DNA of 64,000 nt from Rhodospirillales bacterium (GCA_016794025.1 JAEUKX010000036.1:5225-69224); one strand, 5' to 3'; shown: positions 8,961 through 20,909, numbered from the stretch's first letter. Notes: generated by a model from the letters alone, not told the origin. Numbers and translations: made by a program.

Positions 8961-9012
8961 GAACCGGACAATGACATTGACACAATTTGGGGTCAATTAT
9001 TACATTGTCATC

Positions 9013-10401
9013 ATGACAACTTGGCTTCCGGCGATCGCCACCCGAATTGGACCCCGCTATCTCGCCATTGCCGACATGCTCGCGGCCGATATCGCCGCGG
9101 CCCGGCTGAAGCCGGGTGACCGCCTGCCAACCCATCGCGAACTCGCCTGGAAGCTTGGTGTCACCGTCGGCACGGTCACACGGGCCTATGCCGAGGCTGA
9201 ACGGCGCGGACTGATCGCCGGCGAAGTGGGGCGCGGCACGTTCATCCGCGAGCGGATCGGCGATCCGACAAACGTGATGCCGCCGCCGGTCCCCACCACG
9301 GACGACTACGTGGATCTATCGCGCAATCTGCCGGCAATAGTGGGTCCCGCGCCGAACATGATCGCGCGCCACATGGCCGACCTCGCGCAGGAAGATCTGT
9401 CGCGCTTCCTTTCGTACGTGCCGAATGCCGGCATCGATTCGCATCGCGAGGCCGGTGCAGCCTGGATCGCGCGCCGCGGGATTCCGGCCGATCCGGCGCG
9501 GGTGGCCGTCGTGGCCGGCGCGCAGAACGGCATGATGCTCGCCATCGCGGCGCTCTGCCGGCCGGGCGACGTCGTGCTGACCGAGGCGTTGACGTTCTAC
9601 GGCATGAAGTCGATCGCGCACCTTCTCGGTGTCCGGCTCGTCGGTGTCGAGATCGACGATTTCGGCATCATTCCAGATTCGCTGGAAGCGGCCTGCCGGC
9701 AACATGCGCCAAAGGCCATCTATACCCTGCCCACGTTCCAGAACCCCACGACGAGCCTGATGCCGATCGAACGGCGCAGCGCCGTCGCCGAAATCTGCCG
9801 GCGCCACAATTGCGTGATCATCGAAGACGACATCTACGGCTTTCTCGACGAAGCGAACACGCCGCTTGCGAAGCTCGCACCTGATTCATCGATATTCATC
9901 ACGTCGCTCTCGAAGTCGATCGCACCGGGCCTGCGTCTTGGCTTCCTGCACGCGCCCGAAGCGATCATCCAGCGCGTGGCCGCCGCCATCCGCGCAAGCT
10001 CGTACATGATCACGCCCATCGTCGCCGAACTGGGTGCGCGCCTGATCCGGTCCGGCGATGCCCTGCGCGCCGCGACCTGGCAGAAATCTCTCGCGGAACG
10101 CCGCCAGACACTTGCCGCAAAGGTTCTCGAAGGGAGCGAATTCAATGCGCATCCCTCGGCGTTCCAGATCTGGCTCAAATTGCCCGAGCCCTGGCGACGG
10201 GAAGAATTCGTGGATGTCGCCCGGCGGCGCGGGGTTGGCGTCGCGCCGGCAAATGCCTTTGCGGTCGGCCGCGCCCCGGTGCCACACGCCGTCCGGGTCG
10301 CCCTCGCCGCCCCGGACAAGGACGAGGATCTTGTCCGTGCATTGGGGACGCTTGCCGAAATCATCGAGGAGCGCCCGGAGGGCAGCCTGCCGATGGTCTG
10401 A
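9013..10401 (+). CDS. MocR-family transcriptional regulator (GntR HTH + PLP aminotransferase-like domain), paralog 1
   Basis: N-terminal W.P motif and GntR HTH (RLPTHRELAWKLGVTVGTVTRAYAEAERRGL). Fold-type I aminotransferase domain with SLSKS (PLP lysine). Confidence 0.85.
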   Translation: MTTWLPAIATRIGPRYLAIADMLAADIAAARLKPGDRLPTHRELAWKLGVTVGTVTRAYAEAERRGLIAGEVGRGTFIRERIGDPTNVMPPPVPTTDDYVDLSRNLPAIVGPAPNMIARHMADLAQEDLSRFLSYVPNAGIDSHREAGAAWIARRGIPADPARVAVVAGAQNGMMLAIAALCRPGDVVLTEALTFYGMKSIAHLLGVRLVGVEIDDFGIIPDSLEAACRQHAPKAIYTLPTFQNPTTSLMPIERRSAVAEICRRHNCVIIEDDIYGFLDEANTPLAKLAPDSSIFITSLSKSIAPGLRLGFLHAPEAIIQRVAAAIRASSYMITPIVAELGARLIRSGDALRAATWQKSLAERRQTLAAKVLEGSEFNAHPSAFQIWLKLPEPWRREEFVDVARRRGVGVAPANAFAVGRAPVPHAVRVALAAPDKDEDLVRALGTLAEIIEERPEGSLPMV

Positions 10402-10498
10402 CGCTCAGCAGAATTTATGGCCTGAATTCAATTCTAGACGGATATCATCGTATTATACTGGCGACGTACGGATTAGCCCCCGTCATGGTACGCCGGCC

Positions 10499-11884
10499 AT
10501 GAAAATGAAGTGGACGCCCTCGATCGAGCAGGTCGCCGGAGCACGGTACTTGGCGATCGTCGATCGTCTGGCCACCGACATCGCTTCGGGGCGCCTGCGC
10601 TCGGGCGACCGGTTGCCCACGCACCGTGCACTCGCCGAACGCCTTGGCGTGACGATCACGACGGTCACCCGCGCCTACGCGGAAGCCGAACGCCGCGGCC
10701 TCGTCACCGCCGAGGTCGGTCGCGGCACGTTCGTGCGCGAAACGGCTGGCGACTCTCCCGAGGCCGTCGTGGCCGCGCCCGTCGCCGAGCAGGTCCCCAT
10801 CGACATGGCGTTCGACCGCCCGCCGGATGGCGGTCCGGCGATCGAGGCGATCGCGCGACACATCGCGGCGTCCGCGCACGCCGAACGGCGCGCGCTCCTT
10901 CCCGGCGAGACGCCCGGCGGCAATATCCGCCACCGCGAGGCAGGGGCACGTTGGCTGGCGCGCCAGATCGGCGAGCATGCAGACCCGGCACGCATCGTTC
11001 TGGTCGCGGGTACCCAGCATGCGATTCTCCTGTCGCTTGGCGCCGTGGCCGGTGCGGGCGATGCCGTGCTGTGCGGCGCCCTGATCTCGTACGGCATGAA
11101 GGTCGGGGCGGGTATCCAGGGCTTGCGCCTGTTCGGCGTCGACATGGACGACGAAGGCATCCTTCCGGATGCCCTCAATGCCGCGATCCGGAGACGGGCG
11201 CCAAAGGCGCTCTACATCTCGCCCACGCATCACACGCCGAACAACGCGACGATGTCGGAGGCGCGGCGGCGACGCATCGTCGACGTGTGCCGGACCCACA
11301 ACCTGACCATCGTCGAGGAAGACTGCTACGGCTTTCTCGAGCCTGCGCGCACGCCGTTGGCGGTCCTGGCCCCGGAACGCACCGTCCATTTCAGTTCGCT
11401 GTCCAAGTCCGTCAGCGCGAGCCTGCCGGTCGCCTATATCCAGTTTCCGGCGCGCAATCTCGAACGCGCGCACGCGAACCTGCGCGCGACGATCCATTCG
11501 ACGCCGCCCCTCATGTGCGAAGTCGCCGCCCGTATGGTCGTCTCCGGCGATGCGGCGGTCGCGACCGACTGGTATCGGCAGCTCGCGCGCAAGCGCGGCA
11601 AGATCGTCCGGCGCAAGGTGCCGGGTGCGGCTGCCGTCCTCAAGAACGGGGCACATCAGCTCTGGCTTCCGTTGCCGGCCAGCTGGTCGCCCGGCCGCTT
11701 CGTCGAACTCGCTGGAAAGGCCGGTGTCCGCCTGCTGTCGGGGCGCGCGTTTACGCCGGATGGCACACCTGTCCCGAACGCCGTGCGCGTCTGCTTCTGC
11801 GCACCCGATTCCGAATCGGAGATGGCGACCGGGCTCGATCGGCTCGCCGAAATACTTGCAGTCTGTCCGCGCGAAGCAACTTGA
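10499..11884 (+). CDS. MocR-family transcriptional regulator, paralog 2
   Basis: Start MKMKWTPSIEQ…. HTH nearly identical to paralog 1. SLSKS lysine present. Confidence 0.85.
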   Translation: MKMKWTPSIEQVAGARYLAIVDRLATDIASGRLRSGDRLPTHRALAERLGVTITTVTRAYAEAERRGLVTAEVGRGTFVRETAGDSPEAVVAAPVAEQVPIDMAFDRPPDGGPAIEAIARHIAASAHAERRALLPGETPGGNIRHREAGARWLARQIGEHADPARIVLVAGTQHAILLSLGAVAGAGDAVLCGALISYGMKVGAGIQGLRLFGVDMDDEGILPDALNAAIRRRAPKALYISPTHHTPNNATMSEARRRRIVDVCRTHNLTIVEEDCYGFLEPARTPLAVLAPERTVHFSSLSKSVSASLPVAYIQFPARNLERAHANLRATIHSTPPLMCEVAARMVVSGDAAVATDWYRQLARKRGKIVRRKVPGAAAVLKNGAHQLWLPLPASWSPGRFVELAGKAGVRLLSGRAFTPDGTPVPNAVRVCFCAPDSESEMATGLDRLAEILAVCPREAT

Positions 11885-12000
11885 AGCGGTAGCTCGAATA
11901 CGATTGTCTTACTACAAAAAACATACGAATAAACCTGCTCCTCGTTGAGTTTCGGCGGCCATTTGGCAAGATTGCATCGGCCAACACGCCGGGGCAAAAA

Positions 12001-13401
12001 ATGCCGAAACTGAAGTGGATCCCGAATATCGCCGGGCGCACGGGTCCGGTCTATTTGGCGATTGCAGACGTGATCGCCAATGATGTCGCATCGGGTCGCC
12101 TGCCGGTCGGGGCGCGGCTGCCCACGCATCGCGCGCTGGCCGGCGCGCTGGGCGTCACGATCGCGACGATCACCCGCGCCTATGCCGAGGCGGAACGCCG
12201 CGGATTGATCGATGGCACCGCGGGGCGCGGCACCTTCGTGCGCGACCGCCGGCGCGAATGCTCGTGCGGCCCCGACGAGGCGGCGCGCGCGGGGCGCGGT
12301 TTCGCCGATCTGTCGCGCAGCTTCCCGCTCGAACTTCCCGGCCTCGGCAACCACATCGAGGAGCTGCTGACGAAGATCGGCACGGCGCGCATCTCCGAGC
12401 TGGTCGGACCGCCGCCGCCGTTCGGGCGGCCCGAGCACCGCGAGGCGGGCGCGCGCTGGATGTCGCATCGCATCGGTGCGGCCGACCCCGCGCGCACCGC
12501 CATCGTGGGCGGCGCGCAGGGCGGCATCATGTTTGCGCTGACCGCGCTGACGCTGCCGGGCGACACGGTCCTTGCGGAATCGCTGTCGCATCCCTGCCTG
12601 CGGCCAGTCGCGCAGGTGACCGGCACCCGGATCGCCGGCGTCGAGATGGATGGCGAGGGCATGATCCCCGAGGCGCTATCCGAGGCCTGCAAACGCCATT
12701 CGCCCAAGGCGGTTTTCGTGGCGCCGACATTCCAGAATCCGACCGGATCGCTGATGCCGTTCCAACGGCGCGAGGCGATCGTGGCGATCTGCCGGCAGCA
12801 CGGCGTGATGATCGTCGAGGACGACACGAACGGCCTGCTCGACGAGCGAAGCGTGCCGCTGTCGGCGCTCGCGCCCGAGAGAGCGATCTTCCTGACCGCG
12901 TGCGCCGAGACGCTGGCCGGGTCGGTGCGGATCGGCTTCATTCACGCGCCGCCCGCCGTGATGCAGCGCGCGGCCGGCATCACCTGCCTTGTCGCTTCGC
13001 CCACGTCCTCGCTCGCCGCCGAACTGGCCATGCACATGATCGATTCCGGCGGCGCACTGCGGGCGGCGGCATGGAAGCGCAACGTGGCCGAGGAGCGTCG
13101 CCGCCTCGCGCTGGACAAGTTCCCGGCCGGCGAGGCCGTCGCCCATCCCGGTGCGCCGCAGCTCTGGCTGCGGCTTTCGCGGCCTTGGTCGGGCGACTCG
13201 TTTGCCGCGGCCGCGCGCGCGCGCGGCATCGGCGTCGCGCCCGCCAGCGCATTCGCCATAGATCTGAACCTGCCCAAACCGGACGGCGTGCGTATCGGCC
13301 TCACGGTGATCGAGAAGGATGTCGACGTGCCAAGCGCCCTGTCCACGCTGGCGACACTGTTGGGCGAGGACGGCGCGCGGTCCGAAAGCCTCGCGGCCTA
13401 G
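12001..13401 (+). CDS. MocR-family transcriptional regulator, paralog 3 (PLP-binding lysine replaced)
   Basis: Same HTH (RLPTHRALAGALGVTIATITRAYAEAERRGL). The position aligned to SLSKS reads TACAE. Confidence 0.8.
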   Translation: MPKLKWIPNIAGRTGPVYLAIADVIANDVASGRLPVGARLPTHRALAGALGVTIATITRAYAEAERRGLIDGTAGRGTFVRDRRRECSCGPDEAARAGRGFADLSRSFPLELPGLGNHIEELLTKIGTARISELVGPPPPFGRPEHREAGARWMSHRIGAADPARTAIVGGAQGGIMFALTALTLPGDTVLAESLSHPCLRPVAQVTGTRIAGVEMDGEGMIPEALSEACKRHSPKAVFVAPTFQNPTGSLMPFQRREAIVAICRQHGVMIVEDDTNGLLDERSVPLSALAPERAIFLTACAETLAGSVRIGFIHAPPAVMQRAAGITCLVASPTSSLAAELAMHMIDSGGALRAAAWKRNVAEERRRLALDKFPAGEAVAHPGAPQLWLRLSRPWSGDSFAAAARARGIGVAPASAFAIDLNLPKPDGVRIGLTVIEKDVDVPSALSTLATLLGEDGARSESLAA

Positions 13402-14201
13402 CCTTGCCGGACCGTGTGCGCGTGGTTGAGCGGTCCGTGGCCGCTTCCGTATCCGGGCGCCAGTTCGATCGCGCGGCGGACATATTCGCGCGCGCGCGCG
13501 ACCGCGATTTCAAGGTCGAGCCCCTGTGCCAGTCCCGTCGCGATCGCCGAGGCAAGCGTGCAGCCTGTACCATGCGTGGACGATGACGCGATGCGGGGCG
13601 ACTCGAAATTCCGGAGTGTCGTTTCCGTGGCAAGGACGTCGACAAGGACATCGCCCGGCATATGGCCGCCCTTGAGGAGCACGGCCTGGCAACCGAGCGT
13701 GACCATCGTGCGGGCCGCGTGGCGCATTTCATCGATCGTTCGGATGCGCATGCCGGAAAGCGCCTCCGCCTCGGGGATGTTCGGCGTCAGGACGCGCGCA
13801 AGCACCAGAAGCCGCCGCTTCAGCGTGGCGACCGCCTCGGGCTGGAGCAGCGCGTGCCCGCCCTTGGCGAACATGACCGGATCGACAACGAGCGGGACAC
13901 CGCGCGCCGCCGGTTCGGACTCGAGCACGTCGGCAACCGCGTCGATCGTCGCCGCGTCGTGCAGCATGCCGGTCTTGATCGCATCCGCGCCGATATCGCG
14001 CAGGACGACCTGCATCTGATGCGCGATGAACCCCGGCGGCACGGGCATGACGCCGTGAACGGCCTTCGTGTCCTGGGCGGTCAATGCCGTGATCGCCGTC
14101 GTGGCGAAGCCGCCAAGCGCGGTGACGGTCTTGATATCCGCCTGGATGCCGGCCCCTCCGCCCGAATCCGAGCCGGCGACGATCAGGACGCGCCCGCGCA
14201 A
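13398..14201 (-). CDS. thiD: Hydroxymethylpyrimidine/phosphomethylpyrimidine kinase ThiD
   Basis: …VLIVAGSDSGGGAGIQADIKT… No in-frame ATG. TTG at 14201 lies 2 nt after the glmM stop. Confidence 0.8.
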   Translation of the reverse strand: MRGRVLIVAGSDSGGGAGIQADIKTVTALGGFATTAITALTAQDTKAVHGVMPVPPGFIAHQMQVVLRDIGADAIKTGMLHDAATIDAVADVLESEPAARGVPLVVDPVMFAKGGHALLQPEAVATLKRRLLVLARVLTPNIPEAEALSGMRIRTIDEMRHAARTMVTLGCQAVLLKGGHMPGDVLVDVLATETTLRNFESPRIASSSTHGTGCTLASAIATGLAQGLDLEIAVARAREYVRRAIELAPGYGSGHGPLNHAHTVRQG

Positions 14202-14203
14202 GG

Positions 14204-15658
14204 TCAGGACCCCGCGCCCTTGCGCGTCCGCGTGCGGCGGTCGAGATAGCGCGGATATTCCGGGGCGGCAGCCGGCGAACCGGCCGGCGCCGCGGCGCTC
14301 GCCTTCGTTCCGCCGGCAAGCGTTCCGCCTGCAGCTACGAGGGCGTCCACGACGCCGTCCACGGCGGCGCGCACGATCGCGGGATCGGCAGCCTCCGCCA
14401 TGACGCGCACGACGGGCTCGGTGCCGGACTTGCGGATCAGCAGGCGCCCGTCGCGCGCAAGCCCGGCTTCCGCGGCGGCGATCGCCTTCTTGACGCCGGC
14501 GGCTTCCATCGGCGGCGGGCCGGCGAAGCGGACGTTCTTGAGGAGCTGCGGATAGGGATCGAAGACCTGCACGACCTCGGACGCCTTGCGCCCGGACTGG
14601 ACGATCGCGGCGAGGACCTGCAGGCCGGCCACAAGACCGTCGCCGGTCGTCGCGTAATCCGACAGGATGACGTGGCCGGACTGCTCGCCGCCGAGATTCG
14701 CGTCGAGCTCGCGCATCATTTCGAGCACGTGACGGTCGCCGACCTTGGCGCGCGCGAGCTTGAGCCCCTGCCCCGCAAGCCACTTCTCGAGACCGAGATT
14801 GGACATCACCGTGGCGACCACGTGCTTGCCGCGCAGGCGCTTCTCGGACTTCCATCCGCGCGCGATGCAGGCAAGAACCTGATCGCCGTCCATTGAATGG
14901 CCGCGCTCGTCGACAAGCTGGATGCGGTCCGCATCGCCGTCGAGCGCCAGCCCGATATGCGCGCCATGCGCCACGACAGCCTGCTGCAGCAGCTCGATAT
15001 GCGTGGCACCGCAGCCGCGATTGATGTTGAGACCGTCCGGGTCGACGGCAATCGGGACGATCTCGGCGCCCAGTTCCCAGAGCACCGTCGGCGCGACGCG
15101 ATAGGCCGCACCGTTCGCGCAATCGATGACGATCTTGAGGCCGTCGAGGCGCAGGCCCTTCGGGAAGCTCGATTTGACGGATTCGATATAGCGGCCCGGC
15201 GCGTCATCCAGGCGGCGCGCACGGCCGAGCTTTTCAGGCGGCGCGCGACCGTCCGGATCGTCGAGGATGCGCTCGATCTCCGCCTCCAGCTCGTCGGACA
15301 GCTTGTAGCCGTCCGGACCGAAGAGCTTGATGCCGTTGTCGTGATGCGGATTGTGAGATGCCGAGATCATGACGCCGAGATCGGCCCGCAGAGAGCGCGT
15401 GAGCATCGCGACGGCCGGCGTGGGCAGCGGCTCGAGGATGACGACATCCATCCCGATCGAAACGAAGCCGGCCGTGAGCGCCGGCTGGAACATATAGCCC
15501 GACAGCCGCGTATCCTTGCCGATCACGACACGGTGGCGGTGATTGCCCTGGCGCAGGATCTTCCCCGCCGCGATCGCCACCTTCATGGCGATTTCGGCCG
15601 TCATCGGCGCGGCGTTGGCCGCCCCGCGAATCCCGTCGGTTCCGAAAAGCTTCCCCAT
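14204..15658 (-). CDS. glmM: Phosphoglucosamine mutase GlmM (with Ala/Pro-rich C-terminal tail)
   Basis: [12 protein letters not shown]… with SASHNP active-site motif. 484 aa. Confidence 0.9.
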   Translation of the reverse strand: MGKLFGTDGIRGAANAAPMTAEIAMKVAIAAGKILRQGNHRHRVVIGKDTRLSGYMFQPALTAGFVSIGMDVVILEPLPTPAVAMLTRSLRADLGVMISASHNPHHDNGIKLFGPDGYKLSDELEAEIERILDDPDGRAPPEKLGRARRLDDAPGRYIESVKSSFPKGLRLDGLKIVIDCANGAAYRVAPTVLWELGAEIVPIAVDPDGLNINRGCGATHIELLQQAVVAHGAHIGLALDGDADRIQLVDERGHSMDGDQVLACIARGWKSEKRLRGKHVVATVMSNLGLEKWLAGQGLKLARAKVGDRHVLEMMRELDANLGGEQSGHVILSDYATTGDGLVAGLQVLAAIVQSGRKASEVVQVFDPYPQLLKNVRFAGPPPMEAAGVKKAIAAAEAGLARDGRLLIRKSGTEPVVRVMAEAADPAIVRAAVDGVVDALVAAGGTLAGGTKASAAAPAGSPAAAPEYPRYLDRRTRTRKGAGS

Positions 15659-15696
15659 CCGGGGCGCTTATAGGGGCTGGGGGAGCCTGCGTAAAG

Positions 15697-16530
15697 TCAC
15701 GTCGGATTTCGGAATTTTTCAACGGCCAGCCAGACGGCCAGGGCCTGGCGTGTGGCCGCCACGTCATGGACGCGCAAAATGTCGGCTCCGCCGGATACCG
15801 CGGCCAGGGCCGCCGCGATCGAGCCCGGCAGGCGCTCCTTGGGCCTTTCGCCTTTCGACAGCGCGCCGATGAAGGCCTTGCGGCTTGCGCCGACCAGCAC
15901 CGCGACACCGATTTCGCGCAGGCGGGGCACGCCGGCCAGGATTTCCGCATTGTGCGCGACCGTCTTGCCGAAGCCGATGCCGGGATCGACGGCAATGTTT
16001 TCCGGCGCGATCCCGGCTGCACGGACAGCCGCAACGCGGGCCGCCAGATACTGCGCGATGTCGCGCGGAGCATTCTCGTAGACCGGGTTCGCCTGCATGG
16101 TCTGCGGGCGCCCCTGCATGTGCATGAGCACGACTCCGACCTTGCGCGAGGCGACAAGCGGCAGGCTCGCCGCTTCGCCTGTCAGCGCGGTGACATCGTT
16201 GACGATCGCGGCCCCTGCATCAAGGGCCGCGCGCATCGTTCCGGCGTGCCACGTGTCGATCGATATGACCGCCCCGGCCTTCGCGAGCGCCGCGATGACC
16301 GGGACCACACGCCGGATTTCCTCGGACTCGGGCACCGGTTCGGCACCCGGCCGGGTCGACTCGCCGCCCACGTCGAGGATGTCCGCCCCTTCCTCCTTCA
16401 GCCGTATGCCATGCGCGATCGCGGCAGGCGCATCGTAGTGATCGCCGCCGTCCGAGAAGGAATCCGGGGTGGCGTTGACAATGCCCATGACGAGCGGGCG
16501 GTCGAGCGTGAAACGTTCGAAAAGGCGCAT
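15697..16530 (-). CDS. folP: Dihydropteroate synthase
   Basis: 277-aa pterin-binding domain (…GIVNATPDSFSDGG…). Confidence 0.9.
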   Translation of the reverse strand: MRLFERFTLDRPLVMGIVNATPDSFSDGGDHYDAPAAIAHGIRLKEEGADILDVGGESTRPGAEPVPESEEIRRVVPVIAALAKAGAVISIDTWHAGTMRAALDAGAAIVNDVTALTGEAASLPLVASRKVGVVLMHMQGRPQTMQANPVYENAPRDIAQYLAARVAAVRAAGIAPENIAVDPGIGFGKTVAHNAEILAGVPRLREIGVAVLVGASRKAFIGALSKGERPKERLPGSIAAALAAVSGGADILRVHDVAATRQALAVWLAVEKFRNPT

Positions 16531-16565
16531 GGCTTAGGAATAACCGATCCCCGCGCGAAGACGGA

Positions 16566-16598
16566 CAACGAAAAAGGCGACGGTCCGATACCGTCGCC
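16566..16598 (-). terminator. Rho-independent terminator downstream of ftsH
   Basis: Minus-strand hairpin GGCGACGG-n7-CCGTCGCC followed by TTTTTCG. Confidence 0.6.
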
Positions 16599-16624
16599 CT
16601 TCTCCTTGCAACCCTGCAGCGGGG

Positions 16625-18559
<1,935 letters not shown>

Positions 18560-18604
18560 GGGTTTGGCCTCGCGCGTCGAACTCGCCTGTCGCCCGCCTG
18601 CCCG

Positions 18605-19900
18605 TCACGGACCGATGAAAACCGGACCCGCCAGCGCATGCCGGGGACGGAAACGAATGGCCACGGTATCAAGCGGGTACCGTTCCCGTCCATACATCAG
18701 GTGGGGTACCAGCCCGACCCCGTCAAGGTCCCGGACGGCCGGCAGGACCGGGCGCGCGGCCGGGGGAATTCGCACGGCTGCGGCCTCCCGCACCACACGC
18801 GGCAATCCGTCCCATCCTTCGCGGCCCAACGGCCCGACGCTGAGGCCCGCCAGAGGCGCATCGAGGCGGACCTCGAAGCGCCAGTCCCAGACGACGATCC
18901 GCCCTTGGACAAGCGCGACAGGTTCCGGCAGATCAGCTTCCTCGCGCGACACGAGCAGGCGCGCGTCGCGCAACGGCACGAAGCGGCAACGCCCGAGCGT
19001 GCGCGCCGACGCCCCGGCCTGGAGCAGCGCATCAAGCGCCCGCGCCGTGCGCGGCCCGCGCGGCGCATACGCACCGCCGCCGATCGTCCGGGCGACGCGC
19101 GCCAGAGCGGTGCGCGCGCTTTGCGCCGGCGCGCGCGCAAGAACGCCGCGATCGACAAGCGCGAAGCCCGCGCCCGACAACTCGACCGCGCGCGCCAGAA
19201 GGACGGCGAGCGCGTGCTCGCGCGTGGCGCGTGCAGCGGCGCTGGCAGTATCCGGCCGCTCGGGAAGCGCTTGCCCTGTCGCGCGCAGCGCCGCCCGCGC
19301 AAAACGCGGGTCCCGGTTCGACGGATCCTCGATCCAGTCGAGCTCCCGCGCCCGGCAGGTCGCCAGCAGGTCGGCATGCCGGAAGCCGAGAAGCGGCCGC
19401 ACCAGCCGCATGCGCGCGCGCTCGACGACCGCCGACATGCCCGCAATCCCGTCCGGACCGGAGCCGCGCGCCGCGCGCAGCGTCGCGGTTTCAAGCTGGT
19501 CGTCGGCATGGTGTGCCAGCAGCAGGTGCCAGATGCCCGCGTCGACACAGGCCTGCTCGAGAAGCGCCAGACGCGCCTCGCGTGCAGCCGCCATGATTCC
19601 GGTCGCCGGCTTTGTCCCGGTCCATTCGAGCCTGCGAAACGACAGGCCGTGCGAAGCGGCGCGCTGCGCAAGTGCCTGCGCTTCCGTGCGCGAATCCGCG
19701 CGAAGGCCATGATCGACATGTAGCGCCATGGCCTCCCCGCCACGCGCGGCGGCCCATTCCCTCGCAAGGCTCAGGAGTGCGGTCGAATCGCCGCCGCCCG
19801 ACCAGCCCACCGCGATACGCGGGCGCGGCTCGAACGGGCCAAGCCCCGCCATCGCGGCGGCGAAGGCGGCCGCATCGACAGGGCTGCCGGGCGCGCGCAT
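18605..19900 (-). CDS. tilS: tRNA(Ile)-lysidine synthetase
   Basis: PP-loop SGGGDS near N-terminus. Conserved position between cpoB and ftsH. Confidence 0.9.
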   Translation of the reverse strand: MRAPGSPVDAAAFAAAMAGLGPFEPRPRIAVGWSGGGDSTALLSLAREWAAARGGEAMALHVDHGLRADSRTEAQALAQRAASHGLSFRRLEWTGTKPATGIMAAAREARLALLEQACVDAGIWHLLLAHHADDQLETATLRAARGSGPDGIAGMSAVVERARMRLVRPLLGFRHADLLATCRARELDWIEDPSNRDPRFARAALRATGQALPERPDTASAAARATREHALAVLLARAVELSGAGFALVDRGVLARAPAQSARTALARVARTIGGGAYAPRGPRTARALDALLQAGASARTLGRCRFVPLRDARLLVSREEADLPEPVALVQGRIVVWDWRFEVRLDAPLAGLSVGPLGREGWDGLPRVVREAAAVRIPPAARPVLPAVRDLDGVGLVPHLMYGRERYPLDTVAIRFRPRHALAGPVFIGP

Positions 19901-19913
19901 GCGCTCGCCCGCG

Positions 19914-20909
19914 TCAGCTGCACTGAAGGCGGGTACGCTCGCGCTGGGCGGCCAGCTTTATGGACTGGCTGGCGTTGGGATAGCGCCTCGCAAGCTCGGC
20001 AAGCGTGCCGCAGGCGTCCGGTTTGCGGTTCAGCTGGCCGAGCGACTGGCCCAGCCGCAGCAGGCTATCGGGTGCCTTGGCGTTCTGCGGAAAGCGCTTG
20101 AACTGCTCGGCGAAGGCGCCGGCCGCCTCGGACCAGTTCCGCCGCGCGTAAAATGTCTCGCCAAGCCAGTACTGCGCGTCGCCGGCCAGGCGGTGCGTGC
20201 CGTTGGCCGAAACGAAACCGCGCAGCGCCTCTTCCGCCCGGCCGAAATCACCGCGATCCTGCACGGCCTGCTGGTAAAGGCCGTAGGCAAACTCGTACTG
20301 CGTCTCGGGCGGGCCGGCGGGCAGCGTCACCTTTGCGGCGGCTGCCGGCGCCCCTCCGGCCGCTGCAGCCTGCGCAGGGGCCGGCGCGGCGGCAGGTTGG
20401 CCGGGGACGAGCACGAGACGCTGTTCGCCGGGCCTGCCGCTTGGGGCGGCCCCTGGCGTTCCCGGTGCCGGGGCCGCATCGGATTGCGCTGCACTGGCGG
20501 CCGGTGCGGCGGCAGACCCCTTCTCGAGCTGGTTCAGGCGGAAATCGACATCGCCCACGAGCTTGTCGAGCTTCTGCTGGGCGACATGGATCTGATTGAG
20601 GGTCTCCTCGACGCGCCCCGTCAGCTCGCGCATCTGCGTTTCCAGAGACGAAATGCGCTGGTCGGTCAGTTCGATGAAGCTGCTGGCGGGTGCCGACTGC
20701 GGGGGCGGCGAATTCGCCGCCTGGACGCCGCCGGCAGGCGCCGTCGTCCCGCGCGCGAGATTGCGCTGCATGACATCCATATCGCGCTGCAGACGGTCCA
20801 TGCGCTCGATCAGGGCGCGCAGGTCTTGCTGCTGGGCGTGCGCGTCACGCGGCGCACCCGGCAGGATGGCCGCGGCAAGCGCGGCGCAAAGGACGAATCG
20901 GCGGATCAT
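19914..20909 (-). CDS. cpoB: Tol-Pal system protein CpoB/YbgF
   Basis: Signal peptide, coiled-coil region, Ala/Pro-rich linker, C-terminal TPR-like region. Start at M42 of the track ORF. Confidence 0.85.
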   Translation of the reverse strand: MIRRFVLCAALAAAILPGAPRDAHAQQQDLRALIERMDRLQRDMDVMQRNLARGTTAPAGGVQAANSPPPQSAPASSFIELTDQRISSLETQMRELTGRVEETLNQIHVAQQKLDKLVGDVDFRLNQLEKGSAAAPAASAAQSDAAPAPGTPGAAPSGRPGEQRLVLVPGQPAAAPAPAQAAAAGGAPAAAAKVTLPAGPPETQYEFAYGLYQQAVQDRGDFGRAEEALRGFVSANGTHRLAGDAQYWLGETFYARRNWSEAAGAFAEQFKRFPQNAKAPDSLLRLGQSLGQLNRKPDACGTLAELARRYPNASQSIKLAAQRERTRLQCS

